A stretch of 64,000 nucleotides of DNA from Gemmatimonadaceae bacterium (GCA_046714195.1 JBKKAY010000111.1:1632-65631), one strand, 5' to 3'; positions 51,571 through 61,754 are shown, counted from the stretch's first letter. Program-made: numbers and translations. Notes: a model not told the origin generated them from the sequence alone.

Positions 51571-54408
51571 ATGAAGCTGTTCGGCCGCCTGTTCCGTGCT
51601 CTCGCCATCTCAGCGCTTACTCCGCTGCAAGTCCAGGCACAGGTCGCCACGCCGACTCGCGTGCTGCCACCGATCGCCTCGACGCAGTTCACGCTCCCCA
51701 ACGGGCTCCGGGTCATTCTGCACGAAGATCACTCGGTTCCGATCGTCGCTGTCAACCTGTGGTATCACGTCGGATCGAAAAACGAGACGCCGGGACGAAC
51801 CGGGTTCGCTCACCTGTTCGAGCACATGATGTTCCAGGGCTCGAAGAACTACAACGATGACTACTTCCGTCCGCTGCAGAGCGTAGGCGGAACTCTGAAT
51901 GGGTCGACCAACGTCGACCGGACGAATTACTACGAAGTCGTTCCGTCCAACTATCTCGAGCGGGCGCTGTTCCTCGAGGCCGATCGGATGGGCGGCCTCC
52001 TCGACGCTCTCACTGAAGCGAAGCTCGCCAACCAGCGCGACGTCGTGAAGAACGAGAAGCGACAGAACTACGACAATCGTCCCTACGGTCTCGCCGGGGC
52101 GCGGATCTCCGAGCTCATGTATCCGGCCGATCACCCATACCACTGGCTTACCATCGGCGCGCTGGAAGATCTGACCGCGGCGTCGATGAACGACGTGAAG
52201 AGCTTCTTCCGCCGCTTCTACACGCCCAACAACGCATCGCTCTCGATAGCGGGCGATATCAATCCGCACCTGGTCAAATCTCTGGTCACCAAGCATTTCG
52301 GGCCGATCCCGCGCGGGCCCGCCACCAACCGGGTCGTCGCGCCGCAGCCCTCGCTCCTGAAAGAGGTCCGCGCCACGATGCAGGATCAGGTGTCGTTGCC
52401 GCGGTTGTACATGGTATGGCACACCGTGCCGGCGTACACGGCGGACGATGCTCCGCTCGACGTGCTGGCGCAGATTCTGGCGGAAGGGAAATCCTCGCGG
52501 CTCGACCGCGCTCTCATTTACGAGCGGCAGCTGGCCCAGGACGTCTCGGTGAATCATATGTCGCGCGAGCTCGCCGGCACCATCCAGATCGTCGTGATTC
52601 CGAGGCGTGGTGCGTCGCTCGACTCGATCGAGTCCGTGATCAACCGCGAGCTGGCCAAGCTCGCCGCCGAAGCGCCTTCGCGCGCAGCGGTGGACAGAGC
52701 GTACAACGCCCGCGAAGCGAGATTCGTGTTCGGCCTCCAGACCGTTCGGGAAAAGAGCGACCGGTTGAACGGCTACGCCACGTTCCGCGGCGTCCCGGCC
52801 TACTTCGAGCAGGATCTTGCGCGTTATCGCGCGGTGAGTCCTGCTGATGTTCAGCGGGTTGCGCGCACGTATCTCCACGACAGGCGGCTGGTGCTCTCCG
52901 TGCTGCCGGGCGCGCGCGACGCCGGCCGGCCCCCCAGAATGGCGGGAGCAGTCGACGAGGAAGGCGTCGCCGGTGTCGCCGCCCCGGAAGGTCCGCGCAA
53001 TCCCACCGCGGCGGCTCGCGCCGACGCAGCATTGCCAAGGAGTAGTGCGGCCCCCGCGTTCGCCCTGCCCCAGATTCAGCGGCGGAAGCTCACCAACGGT
53101 CTGGACGTTCTCGTCGTCGAGCACCGCGAGCTTCCCGTGGTCACCATGAATCTCGTCGTCAAATCCGGCTCCGCCTCAGACCCAGCGGGTCGAGCGGGGC
53201 TTGCCGATGCCGTCGCCAATCTCCTCGACGAGGGGACTCCGACCAGATCGGCCGTCGACATCTCGGAGCAGTTGGCAGCGATCGGCGCGCAGCTATCGAC
53301 GTCAGCGGGCTGGGATGCGACCACGCTCACGATGACGACGCTGACTCGCCACACCGATTCGGCGCTCGCGATCTTCAGCGACGTCCTGCTCAACCCCGCG
53401 CTTTCCGAGGTCGAGGTATCGCGCTTCCGCGATTCCCGCCTCGCCGCGCTGGGGCAGCGGCGTGACGATGCCAATGCGATCTCGCGGGTTGTCTATCCCG
53501 CGATTCTTTACGGCGCGAGCCACCCGTACGGCCGGCCATCGCAGGGAGACGAGGCATCCCTCCGCGCATTGACGGCGGCGGATGCGCGGTCGTTCTACGC
53601 GACCAACTATCTGCCGAACAACTCCGCTCTCATCGTGGTAGGAGATGTGAGGCCCGACGACGTGGTAGCGAGGCTCGAGCAATCGCTGGCCGGTTGGAAG
53701 CCCGGCGTGGCGTCGACCGTCATGCTCGCGTCACCGGCGGCGCGGGCGGGGAGCGTGATCTACGTCGTCGATCGTCCCGGCGCCGCGCAGTCGGTGATCA
53801 ACATCGGCCATGTCGGAGTCGCTAGATCGAGCCCGGATTATTTTCCGCTCCTCGTTCTGAACAGCATTCTGGGCGGACAGTTCATGTCACGCGTGAACCT
53901 GAATCTCCGCGAGAACAAGGGTTACACCTACGGCGCGCGCACATCCTTCGACTATCGTCAGGGGCCTGGTCCATTCATGGCATCCGCTGGTGTCCAGACC
54001 GCCGTCACCAAGGAATCGATAGCGGAGTTTCTCAAGGAGCTGCGCGGCATCCGCGGCGAGATTCCAGTCACGGCGGAAGAGCTGGCGACGGCGAAGCGTG
54101 GGCTCACGCTCGGGTTTCCCCGCAGCTTCGAAACGCCGGCACAGATCGCGGCGCGCCTGGCCGATGTAACGCTCTATGGTCTTCCCGCCGAGTACTTCGA
54201 CAACTATGTCGCCAACGTCGAGCGTGTGACCCTTTCGGACATTGCGCGCGTCGCCAACGCCGCGATCGATCCGTCCCGAATGGCCATCCTCGTCATAGGC
54301 GATCGCAAGCTGATCGAGCCGGGCCTGCGGTCTCTCGGCGGACTGGGAAGCACCGTCACATTCCTGGATCACGAAGGGCGTCCCCTGACCGAGGCGAGGG
54401 CTCCATAG
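51571..54408 (+). CDS. M16 (pitrilysin-family) zinc peptidase, exported, with fused active and inactive halves
   Basis: Signal peptide, inverted zincin HLFEH, NE.R; second half with R..KGYTY. Confidence 0.93.
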   Translation: MKLFGRLFRALAISALTPLQVQAQVATPTRVLPPIASTQFTLPNGLRVILHEDHSVPIVAVNLWYHVGSKNETPGRTGFAHLFEHMMFQGSKNYNDDYFRPLQSVGGTLNGSTNVDRTNYYEVVPSNYLERALFLEADRMGGLLDALTEAKLANQRDVVKNEKRQNYDNRPYGLAGARISELMYPADHPYHWLTIGALEDLTAASMNDVKSFFRRFYTPNNASLSIAGDINPHLVKSLVTKHFGPIPRGPATNRVVAPQPSLLKEVRATMQDQVSLPRLYMVWHTVPAYTADDAPLDVLAQILAEGKSSRLDRALIYERQLAQDVSVNHMSRELAGTIQIVVIPRRGASLDSIESVINRELAKLAAEAPSRAAVDRAYNAREARFVFGLQTVREKSDRLNGYATFRGVPAYFEQDLARYRAVSPADVQRVARTYLHDRRLVLSVLPGARDAGRPPRMAGAVDEEGVAGVAAPEGPRNPTAAARADAALPRSSAAPAFALPQIQRRKLTNGLDVLVVEHRELPVVTMNLVVKSGSASDPAGRAGLADAVANLLDEGTPTRSAVDISEQLAAIGAQLSTSAGWDATTLTMTTLTRHTDSALAIFSDVLLNPALSEVEVSRFRDSRLAALGQRRDDANAISRVVYPAILYGASHPYGRPSQGDEASLRALTAADARSFYATNYLPNNSALIVVGDVRPDDVVARLEQSLAGWKPGVASTVMLASPAARAGSVIYVVDRPGAAQSVINIGHVGVARSSPDYFPLLVLNSILGGQFMSRVNLNLRENKGYTYGARTSFDYRQGPGPFMASAGVQTAVTKESIAEFLKELRGIRGEIPVTAEELATAKRGLTLGFPRSFETPAQIAARLADVTLYGLPAEYFDNYVANVERVTLSDIARVANAAIDPSRMAILVIGDRKLIEPGLRSLGGLGSTVTFLDHEGRPLTEARAP

Positions 54409-54516
54409 CGGGGGCCTTTTAAAGGTTTCTCGCTTTGGCTTGAGCGACGCTTCGGCGTTGCGCTGGGGCTGTCGCACGAGTCCGGATACCAGAGACCCTT
54501 CCTCCAGCACCCATTG

Positions 54517-55602
54517 ATGAAAAATCCGGATTCTGCGCGTGAAGCGCTGCTCGTTCTCGACTCCGAGCTGAACGTCAGCGCTGCCAACAGAACCTTCTAC
54601 GAGCTGTTCCGACTCGCGCCGGAAGAATGCATCGGAACGAAGGTGTACGCGCTGGGCGGGAGGGCCTGGGATCCCAAGCTCCGCACCATGCTTGAATCGG
54701 TCCTTGAAGGCGGGCCCCGGTCGGATCACTCCGAGCTGATCAACGACGACGCCGCACCGGGCCATGGCGTGCTGTGGCTGACCGCGAGAACACTTCCTTC
54801 GACCGACGACAGTCCGACCATCCTCCTCTCGATAGAGGACCTCAACGCGGCGCGACCACCTGAAGAGGCGCTGACCGTAGCCACTGACGAGCTGAAAGCG
54901 TTCGCCAAGCTCGCCGGCAGCTCGGCACACGAGCTCAACAACCTGCTGACTGTCATTCGTATGAATGCGGAGCTGCTCGAGCCGGAGCTCGTCAAGCTCG
55001 GTTGGTCGGGCCAGGAAATTCAGGACATAGTCGGCGCCGCCGTACGCGCGGAAACGCTGACCAAGCAGCTACTGGTATCGAGCCGCCGCTCGTTGCCGCA
55101 GCCCACAGGCCTCGACCGCTCGACTCCCGCTACTGCAGGGGCCGACCAGTCTCCCGTTGGGCAAGTCGCCTCGGCCAAGCCCAAGCCCAAGCCGCCCCGC
55201 AACGATGACGTCACCGGCAACGAAACGATTCTTCTCGTCGAGGACGAAAAGGCGTTGAGAAAACTCCAGAAGCGGATCCTGTCCGATGCCGGCTACCGTA
55301 TTCTCGAGGCCTCGGACGGCGCCATGGCGCTGCGCGTCGCGGCCGCCGAGGTGGGTGAGATCGATCTCGTGCTCACCGATGTGGAGATGCCGACCCTCGG
55401 TGGTCGGGGAATGGTGGCGGAGCTCAATGAATTGAGTCCGGGGATCCGTGTTCTGTTCATGTCCGGGTACACCGACACCGAGATTCTGCGACGCGGCATC
55501 GGAACTTCGGAGACGCAGTTTCTCCAGAAGCCTTTCACCGCGGATGAATTGAAAACCGCCGTCGAGACCGCCCTCGGCGGGCCCGCCCCAGCCTCCGCGT
55601 GA
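54517..55602 (+). CDS. PAS-HisKA-receiver hybrid protein lacking the HATPase domain
   Basis: PAS (LLVLD..L.V.AANRTFY), H-box AHELNNLL, a short Pro/Ala linker, then REC (LLVEDE, LTDVEMP, MSGY, QKPF). Confidence 0.82.
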   Translation: MKNPDSAREALLVLDSELNVSAANRTFYELFRLAPEECIGTKVYALGGRAWDPKLRTMLESVLEGGPRSDHSELINDDAAPGHGVLWLTARTLPSTDDSPTILLSIEDLNAARPPEEALTVATDELKAFAKLAGSSAHELNNLLTVIRMNAELLEPELVKLGWSGQEIQDIVGAAVRAETLTKQLLVSSRRSLPQPTGLDRSTPATAGADQSPVGQVASAKPKPKPPRNDDVTGNETILLVEDEKALRKLQKRILSDAGYRILEASDGAMALRVAAAEVGEIDLVLTDVEMPTLGGRGMVAELNELSPGIRVLFMSGYTDTEILRRGIGTSETQFLQKPFTADELKTAVETALGGPAPASA

Positions 55603-55607
55603 CATAG

Positions 55608-55623
55608 CGGCGAGTTTCTTGCT
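55608..55623 (+). promoter_or_regulatory. Putative sigma54 promoter
   Basis: CGGCGAGTTTCTTGCT has GG-N10-GC spacing with a perfect TTGCT, about 40 bp before ATG 55664. Confidence 0.5.
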
Positions 55624-55663
55624 TTCCACGCCTCCCGGCTGACGATTTCTAGGGAGGTAGGCG

Positions 55664-56491
55664 ATGAAGTGGACACCGGGCGGTCGCAGCAGCAATCTGG
55701 AAGACCGTCGCTCGAGCGGAGGGATGGGCAGGGGACTCGGAATCGGCGGGACGGTGGTGGTTCTCGCGCTGAGTCTTCTCTTCGGACGCAACCTCTTCAC
55801 CGATCTCGGCGTCGAGCCCGGCATGGGCGTAGCCGACGCTCCGCTGAGCGCGACGGACTCGGCCGCCCAGGAGGAGTCCATCGAGTTCATGTCCTTTCTC
55901 CTCGACGACGTGCAGGGCGTCTGGGCGAAAATCCTGCCGCCCTACGGGACGACCTATCGCCCTGCTCGCCTGGTCGTATTCCGCAATTCCACACAGTCGG
56001 GATGCGGCCCGGCGCAGTCGGCGATGGGTCCCTTCTACTGTCCGCTCGACGAGCGCGTCTACCTGGATCTCGGATTCTACGACGAGCTCCACAAGCGTTT
56101 CGGGGCGCCGGGAGATTTCTCGCAGGCCTACGTGGTCGCTCACGAGCTGGGTCACCACGTTCAGCACGTGCTCGGCACCGATGCCCGGATCCGGCAGGCG
56201 CAGCAGGCGAACCCAGCGCGGGCGAACGAGCTGTCAGTGAGCCTGGAGCTACAGGCGGACTGCTACGCCGGGGTATGGGCGCATTCGACCGACCAGCGGA
56301 ACATGATGCAGCCAGGGGACATGGAGGAAGCGTTGAGAGCCGCTTCCGCCGTGGGGGACGACCGCATTCAGCAGCGGACGACCGGCAGCGTCAATGTCGA
56401 CTCGTTCACGCATGGATCCGCCGCTCAGAGATCCGAGTCGTTCAAGCGCGGGCTTCAATCCGGCGAGCCCGGTGCGTGCGGCACCCTCTGA
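55664..56491 (+). CDS. Neutral zinc metallopeptidase (YpfJ-like)
   Basis: SSNLEDRR, one TM helix, GPFYCP.D, AHELGHHVQ, LELQADC, FTHGS. Confidence 0.92.
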   Translation: MKWTPGGRSSNLEDRRSSGGMGRGLGIGGTVVVLALSLLFGRNLFTDLGVEPGMGVADAPLSATDSAAQEESIEFMSFLLDDVQGVWAKILPPYGTTYRPARLVVFRNSTQSGCGPAQSAMGPFYCPLDERVYLDLGFYDELHKRFGAPGDFSQAYVVAHELGHHVQHVLGTDARIRQAQQANPARANELSVSLELQADCYAGVWAHSTDQRNMMQPGDMEEALRAASAVGDDRIQQRTTGSVNVDSFTHGSAAQRSESFKRGLQSGEPGACGTL

Positions 56492-56507
56492 CGAATCGCG
56501 CTCTCCG

Positions 56508-57032
56508 CTACAAGTAGCGGCTCTGCAGCATCTCCCAATGGTGCAGCTCGTGACCCGCGATGATGTAGGCGAGGGCGCGCACTGAGATCTCGGCGTCGTT
56601 GGCGACGCCCCGTCTCAGCCACGCCTCCTCGCTCAGGTGCCGAAACAGGAACACCGTAGAGCGGCGAACCGCATCCAGCTCGGCGACCAGCTCGGGGAGG
56701 GGAACCGAGTCGTGCGAAGCGGTGGCCACGTAGTCGTCCTGCTCGAACCCGGGAAGGCGCGCCCTATCACCTCTCGCAAAGATGAGCGCGCGCGCCGAGA
56801 ATATCCGCTCGCTATCGATGACGTGGCCTACCATCTCCTTCACGCTCCACTTGCCGGGCGCGTAGCGATAGCTGGATACCGCCGACCCGATTCCCGCCAG
56901 AAACGCCTTCGAGTCGCGCGCCTGCGCCTCGAGAGTGGAGATCACGTCGCCGTCCCGAACCAAAGCGATGTACTTGCCGTAGTAGGGCAAGAACTCGGAC
57001 TGGTCGGGCTTTGTCTCTCGGACTGGCGGCAT
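56508..57032 (-). CDS. DinB family protein
   Basis: YYGKYI, YRYAPGKWSVKE..GH..D.E, PGFEQD, AGHELHH. Start trimmed to MPPVRE. Confidence 0.88.
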   Translation of the reverse strand: MPPVRETKPDQSEFLPYYGKYIALVRDGDVISTLEAQARDSKAFLAGIGSAVSSYRYAPGKWSVKEMVGHVIDSERIFSARALIFARGDRARLPGFEQDDYVATASHDSVPLPELVAELDAVRRSTVFLFRHLSEEAWLRRGVANDAEISVRALAYIIAGHELHHWEMLQSRYL

Positions 57033-57215
57033 CCCATCCCCCCGGTGTGCGTAGTATCTGGAGGGAATATGTGTTCCGCCGATCCGCGCCCGCCACACTT
57101 GATCGGCGTGAACGGGCAAATTCGTGCTGTTCGGAATCGGGACACGATGCCACATTAGGTCAGCGCAAGAGGGGTCCCGGGCTTTCCCTGTGGCACCGCA
57201 GCTTTGTGAGGTCGA

Positions 57216-59339
57216 ATGACCGGTACGTCGTCGGTTTCCTCTTCGAACAAATTTGCGTCCGCTCCAGCTGCCGCCGGATGGACCGCGGAATACGCCGTCC
57301 CGCTGGGTGGCGTAGGACACCTCCTGCTTGCCACCTATGAGCAGGCGGCCATCGGCATCGCTCACTTGACGCTCGCCGAAGAGTGGATCTCGGTGAACCA
57401 GCGCTACTGCGAGATCACCGGCTACTCGCGCGAAGAGATCATGAAGCTCCGGCTGGAGGATCTCACCCATCCCGACGATCTCGATGCCAGCCAGGATTTC
57501 ATCCGCCGGACGCGAGAAGGTGAGTTTGCCAATTACACGATGGAGAAGCGATACATCCGGAAGGACGCTACGGTCGTCTGGATCAATCTCACCGTCTCGA
57601 TCGTCCGATCCGACAACGGCGAGCCTCTGTACCTCGTCGGCTTCATCCAGGACATAACCGAGCGCCGGAGCGCGCAGGCCGCGGCGAGCAGGTCTCTTTC
57701 GCTTCTTCAGGCCACCCTCGAATCCACCGCCGACGGGCTGCTGGTTGTCGACCTCGAGGGCAGGATCATCAGCTACAACCAGCGCGTCGCGGAAATGTGG
57801 GGAATACCGCCCGAGCTGTTCGCCTCGGGCGACGACGCCCGCGCAATCGCCGTCGCCGTCGAGAAGCTCTCGCACCCGGAGGAGTTCCTCGCAAAGGTCC
57901 AGGAGCTGTACCAGCAGCCGGAGCTCGCCAGCTACGACGTTCTCGAGCTCAAGGATGGCCGCGTCTTCGAGCGCTACTCGCAGCCCCAGCGCATCGATGG
58001 CGGCAGTGTCGGGCGGGTCTGGAGCTTCCGCGACGTCACCGCTCGACGGCGGGCGGAGGAACAGTCACACGCGCTGGTGGTCGAGCAGGCGGCCAGGGCC
58101 GAGGCCGAGAACTCGGAGAGGCGCGCGGCCCTGTTGGCTGAAGCGAGCCGCGTTCTCAGCGGATCGTTCGACTACCAGACGACGCTCGCGGCGCTGGTGC
58201 GTCTCACGGTGCCGGCGATGGCGGACTATTGCGCGCTCGACATCGTCGATGGGGACAACTTCACCCGCATCGGCGAAGCGCACGTCGACAAATCGAAAAC
58301 GAGCCTCGTGAACGAGATGTCGAGCTTCCCGAGCGCTGTGCTGACCAAGTACCACCCGATGATGCGCGTCCTGGCGACCGGACACCCGGTGCTGGAGGTA
58401 CAGGTCACTCCGGAGCTCATTCAGGCCTCTTTCGTTCATGAGGCACAGCGCCAGACCGTGCGGGCTCTGGCCCCGCTCTCCTACATCTGCGTCCCCCTCC
58501 TCGGGTCGGGGAAAGGGAAGCCCCTCGGGGTTCTTACCCTTGCGACGGCAAGCTCGGGTCGGCGGTACGACGTGGCCGATCTCGCCCTGGCGGCGGATCT
58601 GTCGCGCCGCGCGGCGCTGGTCGTCGAGCACGCTCGCCTCTTTCACGAGGCCGAGCAGGCCACGCGCGCCCGCGACGAGATACTGGCGGTGGTCGCGCAC
58701 GATCTTCGGAATCCGCTCAACACCGTGATGATGGCCGCTGGTCTGATGCTCGAGACGTCTTCACCGGAGCGCCCGGCGGAGCGGCGTCAGGTCGAGATCG
58801 TGAGACGCGCCGCCGACCGGATGAACCGGATGATTCAGGATCTTCTCGATGTGAAGCGGATGGAGTCGGGTCGGCTCGGGCTCGAGCCGAAGCCGGAGAC
58901 CGTCGCGGGGCTCGTCGGCGATACGATCGAGATGCTGAGGCCGCTGGCGGAAGGAAGCTCGATCAGGCTCGAGAGCCATGTCGCGCCAAATCTTCCACGG
59001 GTGCTGGCCGATGCGACGAGGATCAACCAGGTGCTATCCAATCTCGTCGGCAACGCCGTGAAATTCACGCCGCGTGAAGGAGTCATCACCATCACCGCGG
59101 ACGGGCTCGATGCGGAGGTGCGCTTCTCGGTCATCGACACTGGCGCGGGAATCCCCGCCGAACAGCTGCCCCACATCTTCGGCCGATTCTGGCAGGCGAG
59201 AACTTCCGATCGGCGCGGCATCGGCCTAGGCCTGGCGATCGCGAAGGGAATCGTCGAAGCCCACCGGGGCCGGATCTGGGTCGAGAGCAGTGTCGGCCTG
59301 GGCAGCACCTTCTATTTCACGCTCCCAACTACGCCCTAG
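57216..59339 (+). CDS. Cytoplasmic PAS-PAS-GAF sensor histidine kinase
   Basis: PAS/PAC, second PAS, GAF, H-box VAHDLRNPL, NLVGNAVKF, DTGAGI, GLGL. Confidence 0.93.
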   Translation: MTGTSSVSSSNKFASAPAAAGWTAEYAVPLGGVGHLLLATYEQAAIGIAHLTLAEEWISVNQRYCEITGYSREEIMKLRLEDLTHPDDLDASQDFIRRTREGEFANYTMEKRYIRKDATVVWINLTVSIVRSDNGEPLYLVGFIQDITERRSAQAAASRSLSLLQATLESTADGLLVVDLEGRIISYNQRVAEMWGIPPELFASGDDARAIAVAVEKLSHPEEFLAKVQELYQQPELASYDVLELKDGRVFERYSQPQRIDGGSVGRVWSFRDVTARRRAEEQSHALVVEQAARAEAENSERRAALLAEASRVLSGSFDYQTTLAALVRLTVPAMADYCALDIVDGDNFTRIGEAHVDKSKTSLVNEMSSFPSAVLTKYHPMMRVLATGHPVLEVQVTPELIQASFVHEAQRQTVRALAPLSYICVPLLGSGKGKPLGVLTLATASSGRRYDVADLALAADLSRRAALVVEHARLFHEAEQATRARDEILAVVAHDLRNPLNTVMMAAGLMLETSSPERPAERRQVEIVRRAADRMNRMIQDLLDVKRMESGRLGLEPKPETVAGLVGDTIEMLRPLAEGSSIRLESHVAPNLPRVLADATRINQVLSNLVGNAVKFTPREGVITITADGLDAEVRFSVIDTGAGIPAEQLPHIFGRFWQARTSDRRGIGLGLAIAKGIVEAHRGRIWVESSVGLGSTFYFTLPTTP

Positions 59340-59537
59340 GGGTCTTACCAATCCCTGACGGGAGGGGCGGGTGCCCAGCCCCCGCGGGATCGGCGGGCGC
59401 GCCTGGGCGGCCCCAATGGAAATCGCGCCCTGAATTGCGTTGCCGCCGGGCTTCTCTGGCGTCCATATCGCGACCCCACAATTCTCCTGCTTTGCGGGAG
59501 GTGCGATGTCCGGGCGCTCGCGCTCGCGGAGGCAAGT

Positions 59538-60674
59538 TTGGGACAATCCGTCACCACAGAGTACGTCGGATCCGCCCTCGCGGCTGGTCTGCGCTACGTC
59601 ACCGATGCAATGCCGGGAATACGGCGGCACCGGCACGGCCGCGGGTTCAAGTATGTAGACCCCGAAGGCCGCGTGATCCGCGCGTCCGCGATGATCAATC
59701 GCTTCCGCACGCTCGTCATTCCGCCGGCGTGGACCGACGTCTGGATCTGCGCCGATGAAGACGGCCATCTTCAGGTGACGGCGCGCGATGCGCGCGGAAG
59801 GAAGCAGTACAGATATCATCCGGGATTTCGCCTGCATCGCGACGGCACGAAGTTCGAGCGCATGTTCGCGCTCGCCGACGTCATTCAGAAAATCCGTGAG
59901 CGCGTTGAGCGGGATGTGACACTGCCCGGACATCCGCGTGAGAAGGTGATGGCTACCGTCGTGTGGCTGCTGGAAAAAACTCTGATCCGGATCGGGTCCG
60001 ACGAGTACGCCAAGGCCAACAAGTCGTTCGGTCTGACGACACTGCGCCGCCGTCACGTCGCGATCGACGGAGCCAAGCTTCGCTTCGAGTTCCGCGGGAA
60101 GAGCGGGATAGCGCACGCGGTCGATGTGACCGACCGGCGCATCGCCCGCATCGTGCAGCAGTGCCACGAGCTGAGGGGCGAAGTGCTGTTCAAGTACCTC
60201 GACGATGCGGGAGAGCGGCAGCAGGTTGAGGCGGAAGACGTGAACGCGTACCTCCAGGAGATCACCGGCGCCGACATCACTGCCAAGGATTTTCGAACCT
60301 GGGCGGGAACCATGCTCGTCGCTGAAGCCCTGCGTGCGACCGGCGCGGCGAAGACCAAGCGCGAGGCCGAAAAGAACGTCGTCGCCGCCGTCGACAAGAC
60401 CGCCAAGATGCTGGGGAATACCCGGAGCGTCTGCCGGAAATACTACATCCATCCGGCGCTCATCGAAGCCTATCTGGTAGGGTCGGTCCTCCCGCCGCAG
60501 CCGGCTCGCACGTGGAGCCCGCGCACCGCCGTGCCTCGCCCCTCAGATGGTCCGAGGCTCCGTCAGCACGAGGCCGAGGTGCTGGCGTTCATCAAGGCAC
60601 GCCTGAAGCCGAAAGCACGATCCAGGCAATCATCCCCGGCCGACGAACCGGAGCTGGAAGAGGCTCTTACCTAG
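59538..60674 (+). CDS. DNA topoisomerase IB (bacterial/poxvirus-like)
   Basis: IPPAW.DVWI, GRKQYRYH, IRIG, FRGKSG, KDFRTW, LGNT..VCRKYYIHP (catalytic Tyr region). GGAGG RBS before TTG. Confidence 0.93.
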   Translation: MGQSVTTEYVGSALAAGLRYVTDAMPGIRRHRHGRGFKYVDPEGRVIRASAMINRFRTLVIPPAWTDVWICADEDGHLQVTARDARGRKQYRYHPGFRLHRDGTKFERMFALADVIQKIRERVERDVTLPGHPREKVMATVVWLLEKTLIRIGSDEYAKANKSFGLTTLRRRHVAIDGAKLRFEFRGKSGIAHAVDVTDRRIARIVQQCHELRGEVLFKYLDDAGERQQVEAEDVNAYLQEITGADITAKDFRTWAGTMLVAEALRATGAAKTKREAEKNVVAAVDKTAKMLGNTRSVCRKYYIHPALIEAYLVGSVLPPQPARTWSPRTAVPRPSDGPRLRQHEAEVLAFIKARLKPKARSRQSSPADEPELEEALT

Positions 60675-61114
60675 TCCAGGTAGGGGTAGTCAGGATCGGC
60701 TAGGCGGGCGGCGCGTGCCGTTGCCTCGGGACCCGCGATCTCCCTGGCGAGATGGAGCAGCATCGGACTCAGGTGCCCCCCAAATCTGAGCAGACTCGCT
60801 GCCCGCGCGCGGCGGCCCAGCAGAAATGCGAGGAAGGGCTGGTCCGCCTTGAGCGCGTTACACGCCGGACACGCCAGCACCAGATTGTCGCGGCGATCGT
60901 ACGCCGTTTTTCCACGCCGCGGCGTCACGTGATCCATGGTGATGGAGCGCTGGCTGCACCGCCTCTCGCAATACGCGCAGACCGGCCCGTGCCGATCGAG
61001 CAGCCACTGCCTGGTCTCCATGTACGCGTTCCGGCTCGTCGGAAGCGATGTCTTCTGCTGCGCCGGACGGCGTACGCGCTTGCGCGGCTTATTCGGTCTT
61101 CGCGATGGGGTCAA
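60671..61114 (-). CDS. HNH endonuclease family protein
   Basis: CAYC...MDHVTPR...NLVLACPACN..K zinc-ribbon HNH motif. Confidence 0.85.
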   Translation of the reverse strand: MTPSRRPNKPRKRVRRPAQQKTSLPTSRNAYMETRQWLLDRHGPVCAYCERRCSQRSITMDHVTPRRGKTAYDRRDNLVLACPACNALKADQPFLAFLLGRRARAASLLRFGGHLSPMLLHLAREIAGPEATARAARLADPDYPYLD

Positions 61115-61121
61115 ACTGCGA

Positions 61122-61754
61122 TTACATCCTCGGAACGAACATGATATGCGCCTTGGGGGTCCCCGGGTTCATGACCCACGGAATCCCTTCAGCCGGGACG
61201 GCCGAGATTCCGAGCGACTGCGCGGTGGCCCCCGGAACGTAAATGACGAACAGCGCCCGCGCACCGGTCGCGGTCCCATTCACCGGATCGAAGCTTCCCG
61301 TTTTTCCGGTAAGGGAATACAGGATTGCCGGCTCCCTGGGCATTCGGATCTTTCCGCGCCGCACCTCGTGAAACCGGACCGAGTCCACCAACTCCGGCCT
61401 GACTCCATCGGCGCGCAGCGCCCGCCCGCGCGCCATGAACGGCTCCATCGATTTGTGGTAACAGGCGACGTGAAAGCGCGCGGCCTTGGGGTCGCTCGCG
61501 AGGCAGGTGAGCGCGCCGGTGCCCTCACGCAGCACCACCAGCTTTCCTGCTGCGTCGTATCCGAGAACTCGCGCGGTGGCGCGGAGATCCGCCGGCGCGG
61601 GCAGCACCGCCGCGGAGATCTGCTCGGCTGAGGGCGGCACCGTCACCGTTGCCATGGCGGCCGTCTGGCCAGGCAGCACCTGCGCGTTGATCGCCAGCGC
61701 GGCGGCGGCCAGAACCAGCCGGATTTCAAGTCTGGTAACCACTTCTTTCTCCAT
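61122..61754 (-). CDS. Hypothetical exported protein
   Basis: Signal-like N-terminus; motifs A...AP..LR..A.V, CL, ACY, WVM.PGTP.AHIM. Confidence 0.65.
   Translation of the reverse strand: MEKEVVTRLEIRLVLAAAALAINAQVLPGQTAAMATVTVPPSAEQISAAVLPAPADLRATARVLGYDAAGKLVVLREGTGALTCLASDPKAARFHVACYHKSMEPFMARGRALRADGVRPELVDSVRFHEVRRGKIRMPREPAILYSLTGKTGSFDPVNGTATGARALFVIYVPGATAQSLGISAVPAEGIPWVMNPGTPKAHIMFVPRM

Noticed and set aside
57191-57208. TGGCAC as a sigma54 promoter for the sensor kinase
   Set aside because: The -12 GC is not at the required GG-N10-GC spacing.
59538-60674. Tyrosine recombinase or phage integrase
   Set aside because: The motifs (GRKQYRYH, KDFRTW, LGNT..VCRKYY) are those of topoisomerase IB.
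60671-61114. HNH protein as a homing endonuclease, IscB or Cas9 fragment
   Set aside because: Only 147 aa, no RuvC motifs, and no intron, IS ends or associated array.
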